The notes under the pieces: model-generated
Told to the model about the DNA's origin: nothing
Seen by the model: only the letters and a program-made list of their open reading frames with translations
Database searches by the model: none
Position numbers and translations under genes: made by a program
Assembly: GCA_965242595.1 (NCBI GenBank)
Contig: OZ251464.1
Coordinates: 1,982,235-2,046,234, forward strand
From: Alphaproteobacteria bacterium
GTDB lineage: Bacteria > Pseudomonadota > Alphaproteobacteria > SP197
Reading direction: 5' to 3'
Length of the DNA: 64,000 bases
In this document: positions 15,131 to 27,200 of the stretch, in pieces
Numbering within the stretch: position 1 is the stretch's first letter
Layout of the letters: the number at the start of each line of letters is the position of its first letter

Positions 15131-15150
15131 TTCCTGGCACAGTTGGCACC

Positions 15151-15245
15151 CTATCGCAACCGGGCCACCACCACAATAGGCGCTATCGGGAGGGTGCCGC
15201 AAGGGTGTCGTGAACATGTTGCGCGGCCGCCGCCCGACACCCGCC
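15151..15245. repeat. Intergenic element R, copy 3, partial and diverged. It lies between the giant gene 1 stop and hicB'.
   Basis: Starts ctatcgcaaccgg like copies 1 and 2. It retains three 11-bp-phased GTG(C/T)C repeats at 15194, 15205 and 15216. Confidence 0.55.
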
Positions 15246-15286
15246 CGACACCCCTGCGGCACCCACCCGACAGGCGGCGCGGGCGC

Positions 15287-18200
15287 CTACCAGGCCAGGC
15301 GCAGTTCCAGGGCCAGGCCGTGTTCGGGATCGGCGACGCCCTCGTTGCGGCTGGCCTCGATGGCGAGGCTCAGCACGCTGCCCAGCCCCCACCGCTGGCC
15401 CAGGCTGTAGCGGCGCTCGCCCCGGCCCAGGGCCATGGCGCCATAGGGGGTCGCGGTGGCGACGCCGCCCCAGGCGGGCAGGCCATAGCCCAGCTCGCTC
15501 TCCAGCCGGGCGCCCCGGCCGACGCTGGCGCCGTTCTCGTCGCCGCCCGCCATGCCGTCCTGCCACAGGCGCGTCAGGCCGCTATCGGCCACGCCCCAGG
15601 CGGGGGCGAGCTGGAACGACAGGCCGCGCCCGTCGCCGTCGGGGTTCAGGTGGAAGGCGCCAGACGCGCCCCATTCCTCCAGATCGCTGCGATGGGCCAG
15701 CAGGGCCCGCCCGCCCAGTTCGGCCCCCAGGCCGCCGCCGGAATCGCTCAGCGCGATGCTGCCGCCCAGCTCCACGCCCATGCCGCTGGCGCCATCGCCA
15801 CCGTCCCAGCGCAGCCCCGCCTCCAGGGACGGCGCCAGCGACCAGCCGCCATCCAGCGACCAGCTGCGGCTTCCCGCCGCCGCCAGCCGGGCGCGCTGGG
15901 TGGCCACGGTCAGGGCGGCGATCACCTCGCCATTGTCGTCCAGGGCATAGCGGGTGGCCTCCACCGACGCCTTCAGGTCCAGCGCCAGCCCGTCGGCGGC
16001 CAGCAGCGGCAGCGCCCCGCCCATGGCGGCGGCCAGCATGGAACTGTCGCCCGCCTGCCAGCCATAGCGCTCGCGGATGGCGCTATCGGTCATGCGCAGA
16101 TCGCCGCGCCCATAGCCCAGGGCCGCCCACAACCGGCTGCCGTCGGCGCCGGCCCAGCCCAGATAGGGATGGACGGCCGACATGGCGCTCTCGTGGTCGC
16201 CCCGGATGGCGCCCTCGTCGCCATCGCTGCGGTCGCTATAGGCGATGGCGCTCTCGAAGCGCGAGAGCGCCAGCCCGGCGGTGAAGCCGTCGCCCAGCAC
16301 CGCATCGGCGCCGAGATGGGCCGCGAACAGCCTGCCCGACCAGTCCAGCGCCGCCTGCTTGCGTTCCAGATCGCGCCAGTCGCCGGCGCCCCACAGCACC
16401 AGCGAGGAGGCGCCGCCATCGTCGTCATCGCCGCCACTCAGGGCCAGGGTGAAGCCTTCGCCGCCCAGCAGCTCCTTCCACGAGCTGCCGCCGTCCTCCA
16501 GCGCCTCGCCCTTGGAGCGCAGGAAGCCCGCCGCCGCGTCCAGGCCCTGCGCCGCCAGCCCACCGCCGCCACCGGCCGGGCCTTCCAGGCGGGAGGAGAT
16601 GGCGTCCAGCGCGCTGCCCCACATGGCCCGCGACAGCTCCGGCAGAATGGAGCGGTTGATGGCCTTCAGCCGCGCCCGCGCCAGGTCCAGATTGGCCACC
16701 ACCTCGACGGTGAAGACCAGCTCCGCCCGCTGGCCGTCGATATCGGTCGCCGTCCAGCTGTAGCTGCGCAGCTCGAACGCCGCGCCCGGCGTCCCCGACA
16801 GGCGGCGCCCGGCGCGGGCGATGCCGTCCGGCAGCGTCTCCGGCGCCAACGCATATTGCAGCTGCCCGTCGCCGCCGCTCGCCAGCGGCAGGTCCAGCGG
16901 CGCGATGGCCTCGTCCACCGTCCAGGTCAGCGCCTGCGGGAAGTCGGCCTCGGCGAAGGACGGGCGCGTGTCCTCATAGCCGACCGCAAAGGGCGAGAAT
17001 GTCGTCACCCCGGGCGCGCACACCCGCATCCGCTCCGCCTCCCAGGACGACCCCGCCACCGGTTCCCAGGCGCTGCCGTCATGATGCAGCAGCACGGGTT
17101 CGCGCCCCGCCGCCGCCGCCAGCAGAGCCTCGCTTACCGGCAGGCAGATATGCAGCCCCGCCGCCAGCGCCCCCGCGACCTGGATATCCACCGCCGACTG
17201 CGCCGCGCCGTCCCGCCCCAGGGCGAAGCCCGACCCATCCACCACCGGCAGCGCCCGGTCCGAAAGCGGCCTGAAGCTCATCTCCACCATGCGTCCGCCG
17301 ATGCTGAACACCGCCTCCGCCTCCCGCAACGGCGCCAGGATGCGGCTGTCCTCTTCCACCGGAGCGGAGAGCGCCGCCTGCACCCCGTCATAATCGCCGC
17401 CGGAGGCGCTGTGGGTCAGCAGCGCCGCGTCGGCATAGTCGTCCTCGTCCCCCCGCGCCGTCACCGTCACCGTCTGCGCCTGGTTCCAGTCCGCCGCCGT
17501 GAAGGTCAGGCCGGTGGGCGCGGGCGTCACATCCGGGTTGTCGCTCGCCACCGCCAGCGTCACCGGCCCGGTGGGCTCGCTGGTCAGCGCCACCGTGTAG
17601 TCGGCCCCCGGCCCGTCCGCCGTGGTCGCCACCGCCGCCGGCGCGAAGGCCAGCCCCCTGCTGTCGTCGTCGGCGACGGTCAGGGTGGCGGCGGCGACGG
17701 CCACGCTTTCGCCGGCGGCGCTGGCCAGGGCGTTGGCGGCCGCGCCCGTCACCCGCACCGATATGTCCGGCGCATCCACGGCGTTGTCGTTGGCCGTCAC
17801 CGTCACCTGGCCGCTGCTGGCGGTAGCAAAGGCGGCAAAGGTCAGCGTCGTTCCCGCCTGGGTGAAATCGCCCGCCACCGCGCCCGCCACCGGCGCCGCC
17901 TGAACCGTCACCGTGGTCGCCGCCGCCGAGGGATGGGACAGCAGCGCCGTCACCCGCGTCACGCCGCCGTTCTCGGAGATGGTGGCCGGGTTCAGCACCA
18001 GCGTCACCGCCGGCGCCGCGTCGTCGTCGCTCGTGGTCACATCCACATGCTCGACCAGGCCGTCATAGATGGCATCGCCGCTCGCCGTCCGCAGCCGCAC
18101 CTGCCATGCGACATCGCCATCGTCGATGGCGTCGTCCACCCCGGTCACCGTCACCCTCTGGGCCCGGTTCCAGTTCCCGGCGCCGAACACCAGCGCGGCC

Positions 18201-21200
18201 GGCGCCACCCGCCCCTCGCCGGGATCGCGGCTGGTCACCGCCACCGTCACCGCCGCGCCCGGCTGGGTCAGCAGCGCCAGGGTAAAGCTGGCCTGGCCGC
18301 CCGCCTCGCTCGCCCGCCCGGTCACCCGGCCCACATCCAGCCCGGCCTCGTCGTCGCGGATGGTCAGCGCCGCGTCGGCCGGGGCCGCCACCCCGCGCCC
18401 GCCCGTGACGGTCGCCGAGACCGTCACCGTCATGCGGCCCGAAACCGCGCTGTCGTCCACCGCCGTCACCGTCACCGCCCCGGTGCTGGCGGTCGCGCCC
18501 GCCGCCACCGTCAGCCTGTTCGCGGCCGAAAGCGTGAAATCGTCCGCCTGGGCGTTCGCCCCCGGCGCCGCCGCCACCGTCAGCGTGGTCGCCGCGCTGG
18601 ACGGGTGGGAGAGCGCCGCCGTCACCGTCGCCACGCCGCCGTTCTCCCAGATCCACGTCGGCGTCAGCACCAGCCGCGCCGTCGGCGTGGCCTCGTCGTC
18701 GGCGATGGTCAGCGTCACGGCGCCGGGATCGGTCTTGCCGTGGCCGTTGGCGGCGCTGCCGGAGACCGTCACCCGTTTGTCCGGCGCGTCGCTGGCGTTG
18801 TCCGCCGCCGCAATCGTCACCCGCCCCGCGCTGACGGTCGCGCCCGCCGCCACGGTCAGCGTCGCCGCCGCGCTCAGGCTGTAATCGCCCGCCACCGCGC
18901 CGCTGGCCGCCACCGGGGCCACCGCCACCGTCACCGTGGTGGCCTGGCTGGAAGGCCGGTCCAGCGCCGCCGTCACCGTCGCTACGCCGCCGTTCTCGGA
19001 AATCGAGGCCGACGACAGGCGCAGCGTCGTCGCCGGCGCCGGATCGTCGTCGGTCAGCGTCAGTATGGCGCCGCCGATGCTGCCCACGCCCTGGTCGTTG
19101 GCCGCCGTCGCCGTCACCATGGGGGTGCGGTCGGGTTCGTCGGTGGCGTTATCGACCGCCGTGACGCTCGCCGTGTCGCCGGTGTTCTCGGTGCTGCCGG
19201 CGGCGATGACGACGGTCGCATCCGCGCCCACCGCATAGGCCCCGGCCAGCGCCTGAACCGTCACCGTGGTGGCCGCGCTGGAGGGATGGGAGAGCGTCGC
19301 CGAGACCGCCGAGGCGCCGCCGTTCTCGGAGATGGTGGCCGGGTTCAGCGCCAGCGTCACCCCCGGCGCCGCCTCGTCGTCGGCGATGGTCAGCGTCACC
19401 GAGGGCGGGTGGTTGACAAGGCCCAGGCTGTCGCTGGCGGTGCCGGAGACCGTCACGCTCTTGTCGGGCGCGTCGGTGCCGTTGTTCGCGGCCGTGATCG
19501 TCACCGCGCCGCTGCTGGTGGTGGCGTTGGCCGCGAAGGTCAGGGTGGTTCCCGTCTGCGTGAAGTCCGTCCCCGAACCGGGCGATGCCGAGATCGTCAC
19601 CGTCACCGCCACGCTGGACACCTTGTCCAGCACCGCCGTCACCGTCGCCACCCCCCCGTTCTCCCCAATCGACGATGACGACAGCGCCAGCGTCGTCTGC
19701 GGCGTATCGTCGTCGGTCAGCGTCAGCGTGGCGTCGGACGGGTTCGCCACCCCGTTGCCGCCGGTGGCCGTGGCCGAGACCGTCACCCGCTTGCTGCCCG
19801 TGGCCACGGCGTTGTCGTTGGCCCGGATCGTCACCCGCCCGGCGCTGGCGGTGGCCCCGGCGGCGATGGTCAGCGTGGTCCCCGTCTGCGCGAAGTCCGC
19901 CGCCGCCGCCCCGCTCCCCGGCGCCGACGCCACCGTCAGCGTCACCGCCTGGGTGGAGGTGCCATCCAGTGTCGCCGTCACCGTCGCCACGCCGCCGGCC
20001 TCCGCAATCGAGGCGGGAGAAAGCGCCAGCGTCGCCACCGGCAGCGCCTCGTCCTCTTCCAGCGTCAGCGTCACCGGCGTCACGCTGCCCGCGCCCTGGT
20101 CGTTGTCCACCGTCGCCGTCACGCTGGCGGTGCGGTTGCCGGAATGGACGCCGTTGTTCACCGCCGTAATCGTCACCGTGTCGCTGGCGGCCGTGGTGTC
20201 CCCGGCGGCGATCACGATCTGCCCCGCCGCCCCCGCCGGCACCGTGAAGGCGCCGGAGACCGCCTGAACCGTCACCGTGGTGGCCGCGCTGGAGGGGTGC
20301 GAGAGCGTCGCCGAGACCGCCGAGCTGGCGCCGTTCTCCCCAATCGCGGCATCCGACAACGCCAGCGTCACCCCCGGCGCCGCATCGTCGTCGCTCAGCG
20401 TCAGCGTCTGCGACGACGGATCGTTGGTAAGCCCCAGGCTGTCGCTGGCCGTGCCGGAAACCGTCACGCTCTTGTCGGGCGCGTCGGTGTCGTTGTTCAC
20501 GCCCGTGACGGTCACCACGCCGGCGCTGGTGGTGGCGTTGGCCGCAAAGGTCAGGGTTCTGGCGGTGGAGAGGGCGAAATCGCCCGCCACCGCGCCCGCG
20601 CCCGGCGAAGCCGAGATCGTCACCGTCACCGCCACGGCCGAGATGCGGTCCAGTGTCGCCGTCACCGTCGCCACCCCGCCGTTCTCCCCAATCGACGACG
20701 ACGACAACGCCAGCGTCGTCTGCGGCGTATCGTCGTCGGTCAGCGTCAGCGTCTGCGACGACGGGTTCGCCACCCCGTTGCCGCCGGCAGCCGTCGCCGA
20801 AACCGTCACCTGCTTGCTGCCCGTGGCCACCGCGTTGTCGTTGGCCCGGATCGTCACCCGCCCGCTGCTGGCCGTGGCCTCGGCGGCGATGGTCAGCATG
20901 GTTCCCGCCTGCGCGAAGTCCGCCGCCGCCGCCCCACTCCCCGGCGCCGAGGCCACCGTCAGCGTCACCGCCTGGCTCGACTTGCCATTCAGGGTCGCCG
21001 TCACCGTCGCCACCCCCCCGGCCTCCGCAATCGACGCGGGAGAAAGCCCCAGCGTCGCCACCGGCAGCGTCTCGTCGTCTTCCAGCGTCAGCATCGCGCC
21101 GGTCACGCTGCCCGCGCCCCGGTCGTTGGTCAGCATCCCCGTCACCGTCGCCGTCCGGTTGGGTTCGTCGATGTCGTTATCCACCGCCGTGATCGCCGCC

Positions 21201-24200
21201 GTGTCGCTGGCGGCGGCGGTGGCCCCGGCCGCAATCACGATGGTGGCGTCCGAACCCACCGTGTAGAAGCCGGCCACGTGGGTCACCTTCACCGTGGTCG
21301 CCACCGCCGAGGCCCGCGACAGGGTGGCGCTCACCGCCGACGTGCCGCCGTTCTCCGAAATCGAGGCGGGAGAAAGCGCCAGCACCGCCCCCGGCGCCGC
21401 GTCGTCGTCGTTCAGCCTCAGCGTCGCCGTGGTGACGGCCATGGTGGTGGAATCGGCGCTGGCCCGGTCGTTCGTCACGATGGCCGTCACCGTCTCCTGG
21501 CGACCGGGGCTGCCCTGGTGAACATTGTCGTTCACCGCCGTAATCGTCACCGTCCCGCTGGCGTTCACCGTGTTTCCAGCCGCGATCACGATCTGCCCCG
21601 CCGCCCCCGACGGCACCGTGAACGCCCCCGAAACCCCCGTCACCGTCACCGTGGTGTCCGCGCTGGAGGGATGGGAAAGCGTCGCCGAGACCACCGAGGT
21701 GCCGCCATCCTCGGCAATCGAGGCTGCCGACAGCGCCAGCGTCACCCCCGGCGCCCCGTCGTTATCGGTGGTGGTCACCGCCACATCCACATCCGCCAGC
21801 GCGTTGTAGTTGGTATCGCCGCTGGCCGGGTCCAGGCGCACATTCCAGGTGACGGTGCCGTCGTCGATATCGTCGTCCTCCCCGGTCACCGTCACGACCT
21901 GGGTCGTGCTCCAGTCGCCCGGCTGGAACGTCAGGGTGTCGGGCGATACCGCCCCCTCGCTGGCATCCTGGCTGCTCACCGTCACCGTCACCGCCTGCGC
22001 GGGCTGGGCCAGCAGCGCCACGGTGAAGCTCGCCTGCCCGCCCCCCTCGCTCGCCTGGCCGCTCACCGTGCCCGTCACCAGGCCGTATTCGTTGTCTTGG
22101 TTGACGGCATAGACGGTCGCCGCCGCCAACCCGTCATAAACGCTGTCGGCCGTGTTCGCCTGGTCCACCGTCACCGTCACCTGGTAGTCCTGGTTGCCGT
22201 CGGCGGCGGAATCGTCCTGGCCGGTCAGGGTCACGGTCTGGGCCGTCTGCCAGTCGCTGGCCGTGAAGGTCAGCGACCCGGGCGAGACCGCGCCTTCGCT
22301 CGCGTCGGTGCTGGTCAGGGTCAGGTCCAGCTCCACGGCCCCGGTGGGTTCGCTGGTCAGCGCCACGGTGAAACTCGCCGTCCCGCCCGCCTCCGTGGTC
22401 CGCAGCCGCGATGCGGCCGAGGTGGTGGGCGAGAAGGCGAAGCCGGCCACATCGTCGTCCCGGTTCACGGCATAGACGTTGATCTGGGCCAGGCTGCTAT
22501 AGCGGCTGTCGGCGGTGTCGGCCGGATCTACTGTCGCCGTCACCCGGTAGTCGCGGTCGCCATCGTCGATAGCGTCGTCCTGGCCGGTCAGGATCACGGT
22601 CTGGGCCGTCTGCCAGTTCTGGGCCGTGAAGGTCTGGCTGCTCTGGGCGCCGTCGGTGGCCGGATCGGCGTCCACCGCGCCTTCGCCGGGCGTGACCGAG
22701 GCAAAATCGACCGACACATTCGAGGTCGGCTCGCTCGCCAGCTTCACCGTGAAGCTGGCGGTTCCACCGGCCTCCGTGGTCGCCAGCCGCGCCGTGGTCG
22801 AAGGCGTCGGCGCCAGCGTCAGCGCCGCCATATCGTCGTCGGTGACGGTCAGCGCCGCCCCGGTCACGACCATGACCTCCGACTCGGCGTCGGCCTGGGC
22901 GTTGGCGGCCGTTGCCGTCACCGTCGCCATGGCGTTGGCCGCGTCCACCTGGTTGTCCACCGCCACCACCCTCGCCCGGTCGCCGGCGGCCGCGGTGGCC
23001 CCGGCCGCGATCACGATGGTGGCGTCCGAACCCACCCGATAGGCCGCGCCCTGCGCCGCCGTCACCGTGATGGTGGTCGCCGCGCTGGACGGGTGCGAGA
23101 GCGTGGCGCTGACGCTGGCTATCCCGCCATTCTCCGCAATCGAGGACGGGGCCAGGGCCAGCGTCACCCCCGGCGCCCCATCGTCGTCGGCGATGGTCAG
23201 CGCCGCCCCGGTCACGCTGCCCGCCCCCTGGCTGTTGTCCATGGTGCCCGAAACCGTCACCGCCTTCGCCGGCGCGTCGCTGTCGTTGTCGCTGGCCGTC
23301 AGCGTCACCACGCCGGCGCTGGCCGTCCCGCCCGCCGCGATGGTCAGCGTCGCCGGGCTCGAAAGCGTGAAGTCGCTCCCCGCCCCCGGCGCGGCCGCCA
23401 CCGTCACCGTGGTCGCCGCGCTGGAGGGCCGGTCCAGGGTGGCCGTCACCGTCGCCACCCCGCCGTTCTCCCCAATCTCGCTTGCCGACAGCGCCAGCGT
23501 CGCCGTCGGCGCGGCGTCGTCGTCCACAATCGTCACCGTCACGTCGGCGGGCGCCGCCACCCCGTTGCCGCCCGCCACCGCGCCCGAGACCGTCACCGCC
23601 AAATCCGCCTCGTCGGTCGTGTCGGCGCGGGCGGTCAGCGTCACCACGCCGGTGCTGGCCGTCGCCTCGGCCGCGATGGTCAGCGTCGCCGAGCTCGAAA
23701 GCGTGAACTCCGTCCCCGCCCCGGGGGCGGCCGTCACCGTCACCGTCAGCGCGGCGCCGGGTTTGCCGTCGAGCCCAGCCGTCACCGTGGTCACATTCCC
23801 CGCCCCGCCCTCGGCGATGCTCGTGGCCGAAAGCGCCAGCGTCAGGGTGGGCGTCGCCTCGTCGTCGCTGGTGGTCACCGCTATGTTGCGATCCGCCAGG
23901 GCGTTGTAGTCGCCATCGCCGCTGGCCGTGTCCAGCAGCACATTCCACTCCACATCGCCGTCGTCGATATCGTCGTCCTCCCCGGTCACCGTCACCGCCT
24001 GGGCCGTGTTCCAGTCGCTCGTCTGGAAGATCAGGGTGGAGGGCGATACCCGGCCCTCGCTGGCATCCTGGCTGGAGACCGCCACCGTCACCGCCTGCGC
24101 AGGCTGGGACAGCAGCGCCACGGTGAAGCTGGCCTGTCCGCCCGCCTCGCTCGCCTGGCCGCTCACCGCGCTCACATCCAGCCCGAAATCGTCGTCGGCG

Positions 24201-27200
24201 TTGACGGCATAGACGGTCACGGCCGCAACCATGTCATAGACACTGTCGGCCGTGCTGGTCTGATTCACCGTCAGCGTCACTTCGTAGTCCTCGCTGCCAT
24301 CGACCATGCCGGCATCGTCCTGGCCGGTCAGCGTCACCGTCTGCGCCGTCTGCCAGTCCGACGCGGTGAAGGTCAGCGACGACGGCGACACCGTGCCCTG
24401 GGCCGTGTCCGAACTGGCCACATCCAGCACCACATCCCCGGTCGGCTCGGTCGCCAGGGTGACGGCCACCGTGGCCATGCTGCCATCCTCCGAGGTGCGC
24501 AGCCGCGAGCTTGTGCCGGTCGTGGGCGACATCACGATTCCCGCTATGTCATCGTCGGTGAACTCCATCGACTGGCTCAGCTGCGTCTGCGACAGGCCCT
24601 GGTCGTTCACCAGCTGGGCCCTCATCGACTCGGTCCGGGTCGCCTCGTCCACCTGGTTGTCCACCGCCGTAATCGTCACCGTGTCGGCGGCATTCGCCGT
24701 CTGCCCGGCGGCGATCACGATCTGCCCCGCCGCCCCGGCCGGCACCGTGAAGGCGCCGGCCACCGCCTGCACCGTCAGCGTAGTCGCCGCGCTGGAGGGG
24801 TGGGAGAGCGTCAATGTCACCGTCGCCGTGCCGCCATTCTCGGAGATCGTGGACGGCATCACCGTCATCACCGGCAACGGCGCCGCATCGTCGTCCTCCA
24901 GCGTCAGCGTCACGCCGCCGATGCTGCCCACGCCCTGGCCGTTGGCCGCCATCGCCGTCACCGTCGCCATGCGGTCGGGCTGGTCGGTGTCGTTATCCAC
25001 CGCCGTAATCGTCACCGTGTCGCTGGCCGCCGTGGTGGCGCCGGCCGCAATCACGATGTAGCCCGCCGCCCCGGCCGGCACCGTGAAGGCGCCGGAGACC
25101 GCCGTCACCGTCACCGTGGTGGCCGCGCTGGAGGGATGGGAGAGCGTCGCCGAAACCACCGAGCTGGCGCCGTTCTCCACAATCGAGTCATCCGACAGCG
25201 CCAGCGTCACCCCCGGCGCCGCATCGTCGTCGCTGATCGTCAGCTCCGCATCGCCGGGCGCCACCGCCCCCTGAGAGTTGTCCACACTCGCCGACACCGT
25301 CACCCGCTTGTCCGGCGCGTCGGTGTCGTTGCTGACCGCCGTGATCGTCACCAGCCCGGCGCTGGCGGTGGCATTGGCGGCGATGGTCAGCGTTTTGGCC
25401 GCAGACAGCGTGAAGTCCGCCGCCAGCGCCGGCGAGACCGGCACCGCCGCCACCGTCACCGTGGTCGCCACGATGGAGGCCCGGTCCAGGGCCGCCGTCA
25501 CCGTGGTCACGCCGCCGTTCTCGGCGATGGACGCCGCCGACAGCAGCAGCCGCGCCCTGGGGTCGTCGTCGTCGTTCACCGTCGCCGTCACATCCTCGCT
25601 CAGCCCGTTATAGGCGGCGACGCTGCTGGACGAGGTCAGCGTGACGGTCACCTGCGCGCCGTCGGCCTCGTCGGCGCTGTCGTCCACCGCCCTCACCTTC
25701 AGCTGGCGCGCATGGCTCCAGTTGTCCCCCGTGAACACCAGCGTCTTCGTGGCCGTGGCGGCCCCCGCGCCCACCGCCAGCCGCGCCTGGGTGGCATCGC
25801 CGCTGGTCGCCGTCACCGTCACCGCCGCCGCCGGCCTGCTCGCCAGCCGCACCGTAAAGGCCGCGCCGGCCCCGCCCTCGGTCACCGTCACCGCGTCGCT
25901 CGAAAGCGTCAGGGCGGCCATATCCGCATTGGTGGTGCGCACCGTCTGCGGGCGCACGCTGGCCCCGCCTATCGTGTGATAGGCGTCTGTGGGCGTGTCC
26001 GGCGTGTCCGGGAACAGGCGCAGGGTGTAGTCGCCGTCGCCGTCCACCACATTGTCGCTCACGCCGTGCAGGGTCACGGTCTGCGCCGTCTCCCAGTCGC
26101 TGGCGGTGAAGGTCAGCCGCGTCGATGCCGCCGCCGCGCCGCCGCCCGCAGACACCAGCCCCTGGGCCGTATCGCTGCTTTTCACCGCCACCGCGATGTC
26201 GGTGGTGGGCTGGCTGTTCAGCTTCACGGTGAAGGTCTCGCTGGCCCCTTCGGCCACGCTCAGCCACACCGGACACGGCGCCCGGCGGCAGCGCGGAAAG
26301 GCCGGGGCCGTCACCAGGGCGGCCCGGTCGTCCTCCCAGATCAGCAGCTCCGCCACCACGGTCGGGTTGCCCTGGGAATCGGTCGCCGCCGCCACCTGAC
26401 TCGCCGTCCCGGTCACGCTGGCCGAAAGCGTCACCTTCTTGCCGGCGACCGTGCTGTCCACGATGGAGTCGATGTCGTCGTCCACGGCCGTAATCGTCAC
26501 CACGCCGGTGCTGGCGGTGGCCCCGGCCGCGATGGTCAGCTTGGTGTTGGCGGAAAGGGTGAAATCGTCCGCCGCCCCATTGGTTCCCGGCGCCGCCCGG
26601 ACCGTCACCGTCACCGCCGCCCCCGATGCGGCGCTCAGGCTGGCGGTCACCGTGGCCATGCGCTCGCCCGAGGGCGCCGTCGCCAGCTCCTTGATGGTGT
26701 TCGCCTGGCCGGAGATCGGGTCCGACAGCGCCAGCGACAGGGTGGGCGCGGGGTCATCGTCGACGATGGTGAGCGTGGCGGTGGCCCGGTTCGGCGCCAG
26801 GGTCGCGCGCCCGCTCAGGTTGTGCAGGGTGACGACGAACGTCTCGTCGTGCTCGTCCTCCTCATCCCCTTCCCACGCGACCGAGAAGCATTGACGCTGG
26901 GTGGTGGGCGCACCATCGCCCAGGGTGTCGGTGAAGGGTCCGACACCCTGAGATACGATGGCCGTGTAGTCGGTCCCCGCCGTCGCCGTGCCGTCGCTGG
27001 TCGAGACCTGCGCATCGACGCGGCCATAGCCGGTCGGCTGGCTTATCACCGCGCAGGCACTGGCGGGCTGCTGGGAGGACGCATCGCCCTCGGTCTCGCG
27101 CAGCGCCGTGTCCTGGAAGCCCAGCGTCGGCGGGTCGTCGTCGTCAGTGATGGTGCCGGTTCCGGTCGCGGTCGCCAGACTCGCGTTCACGGCGCCGGAG

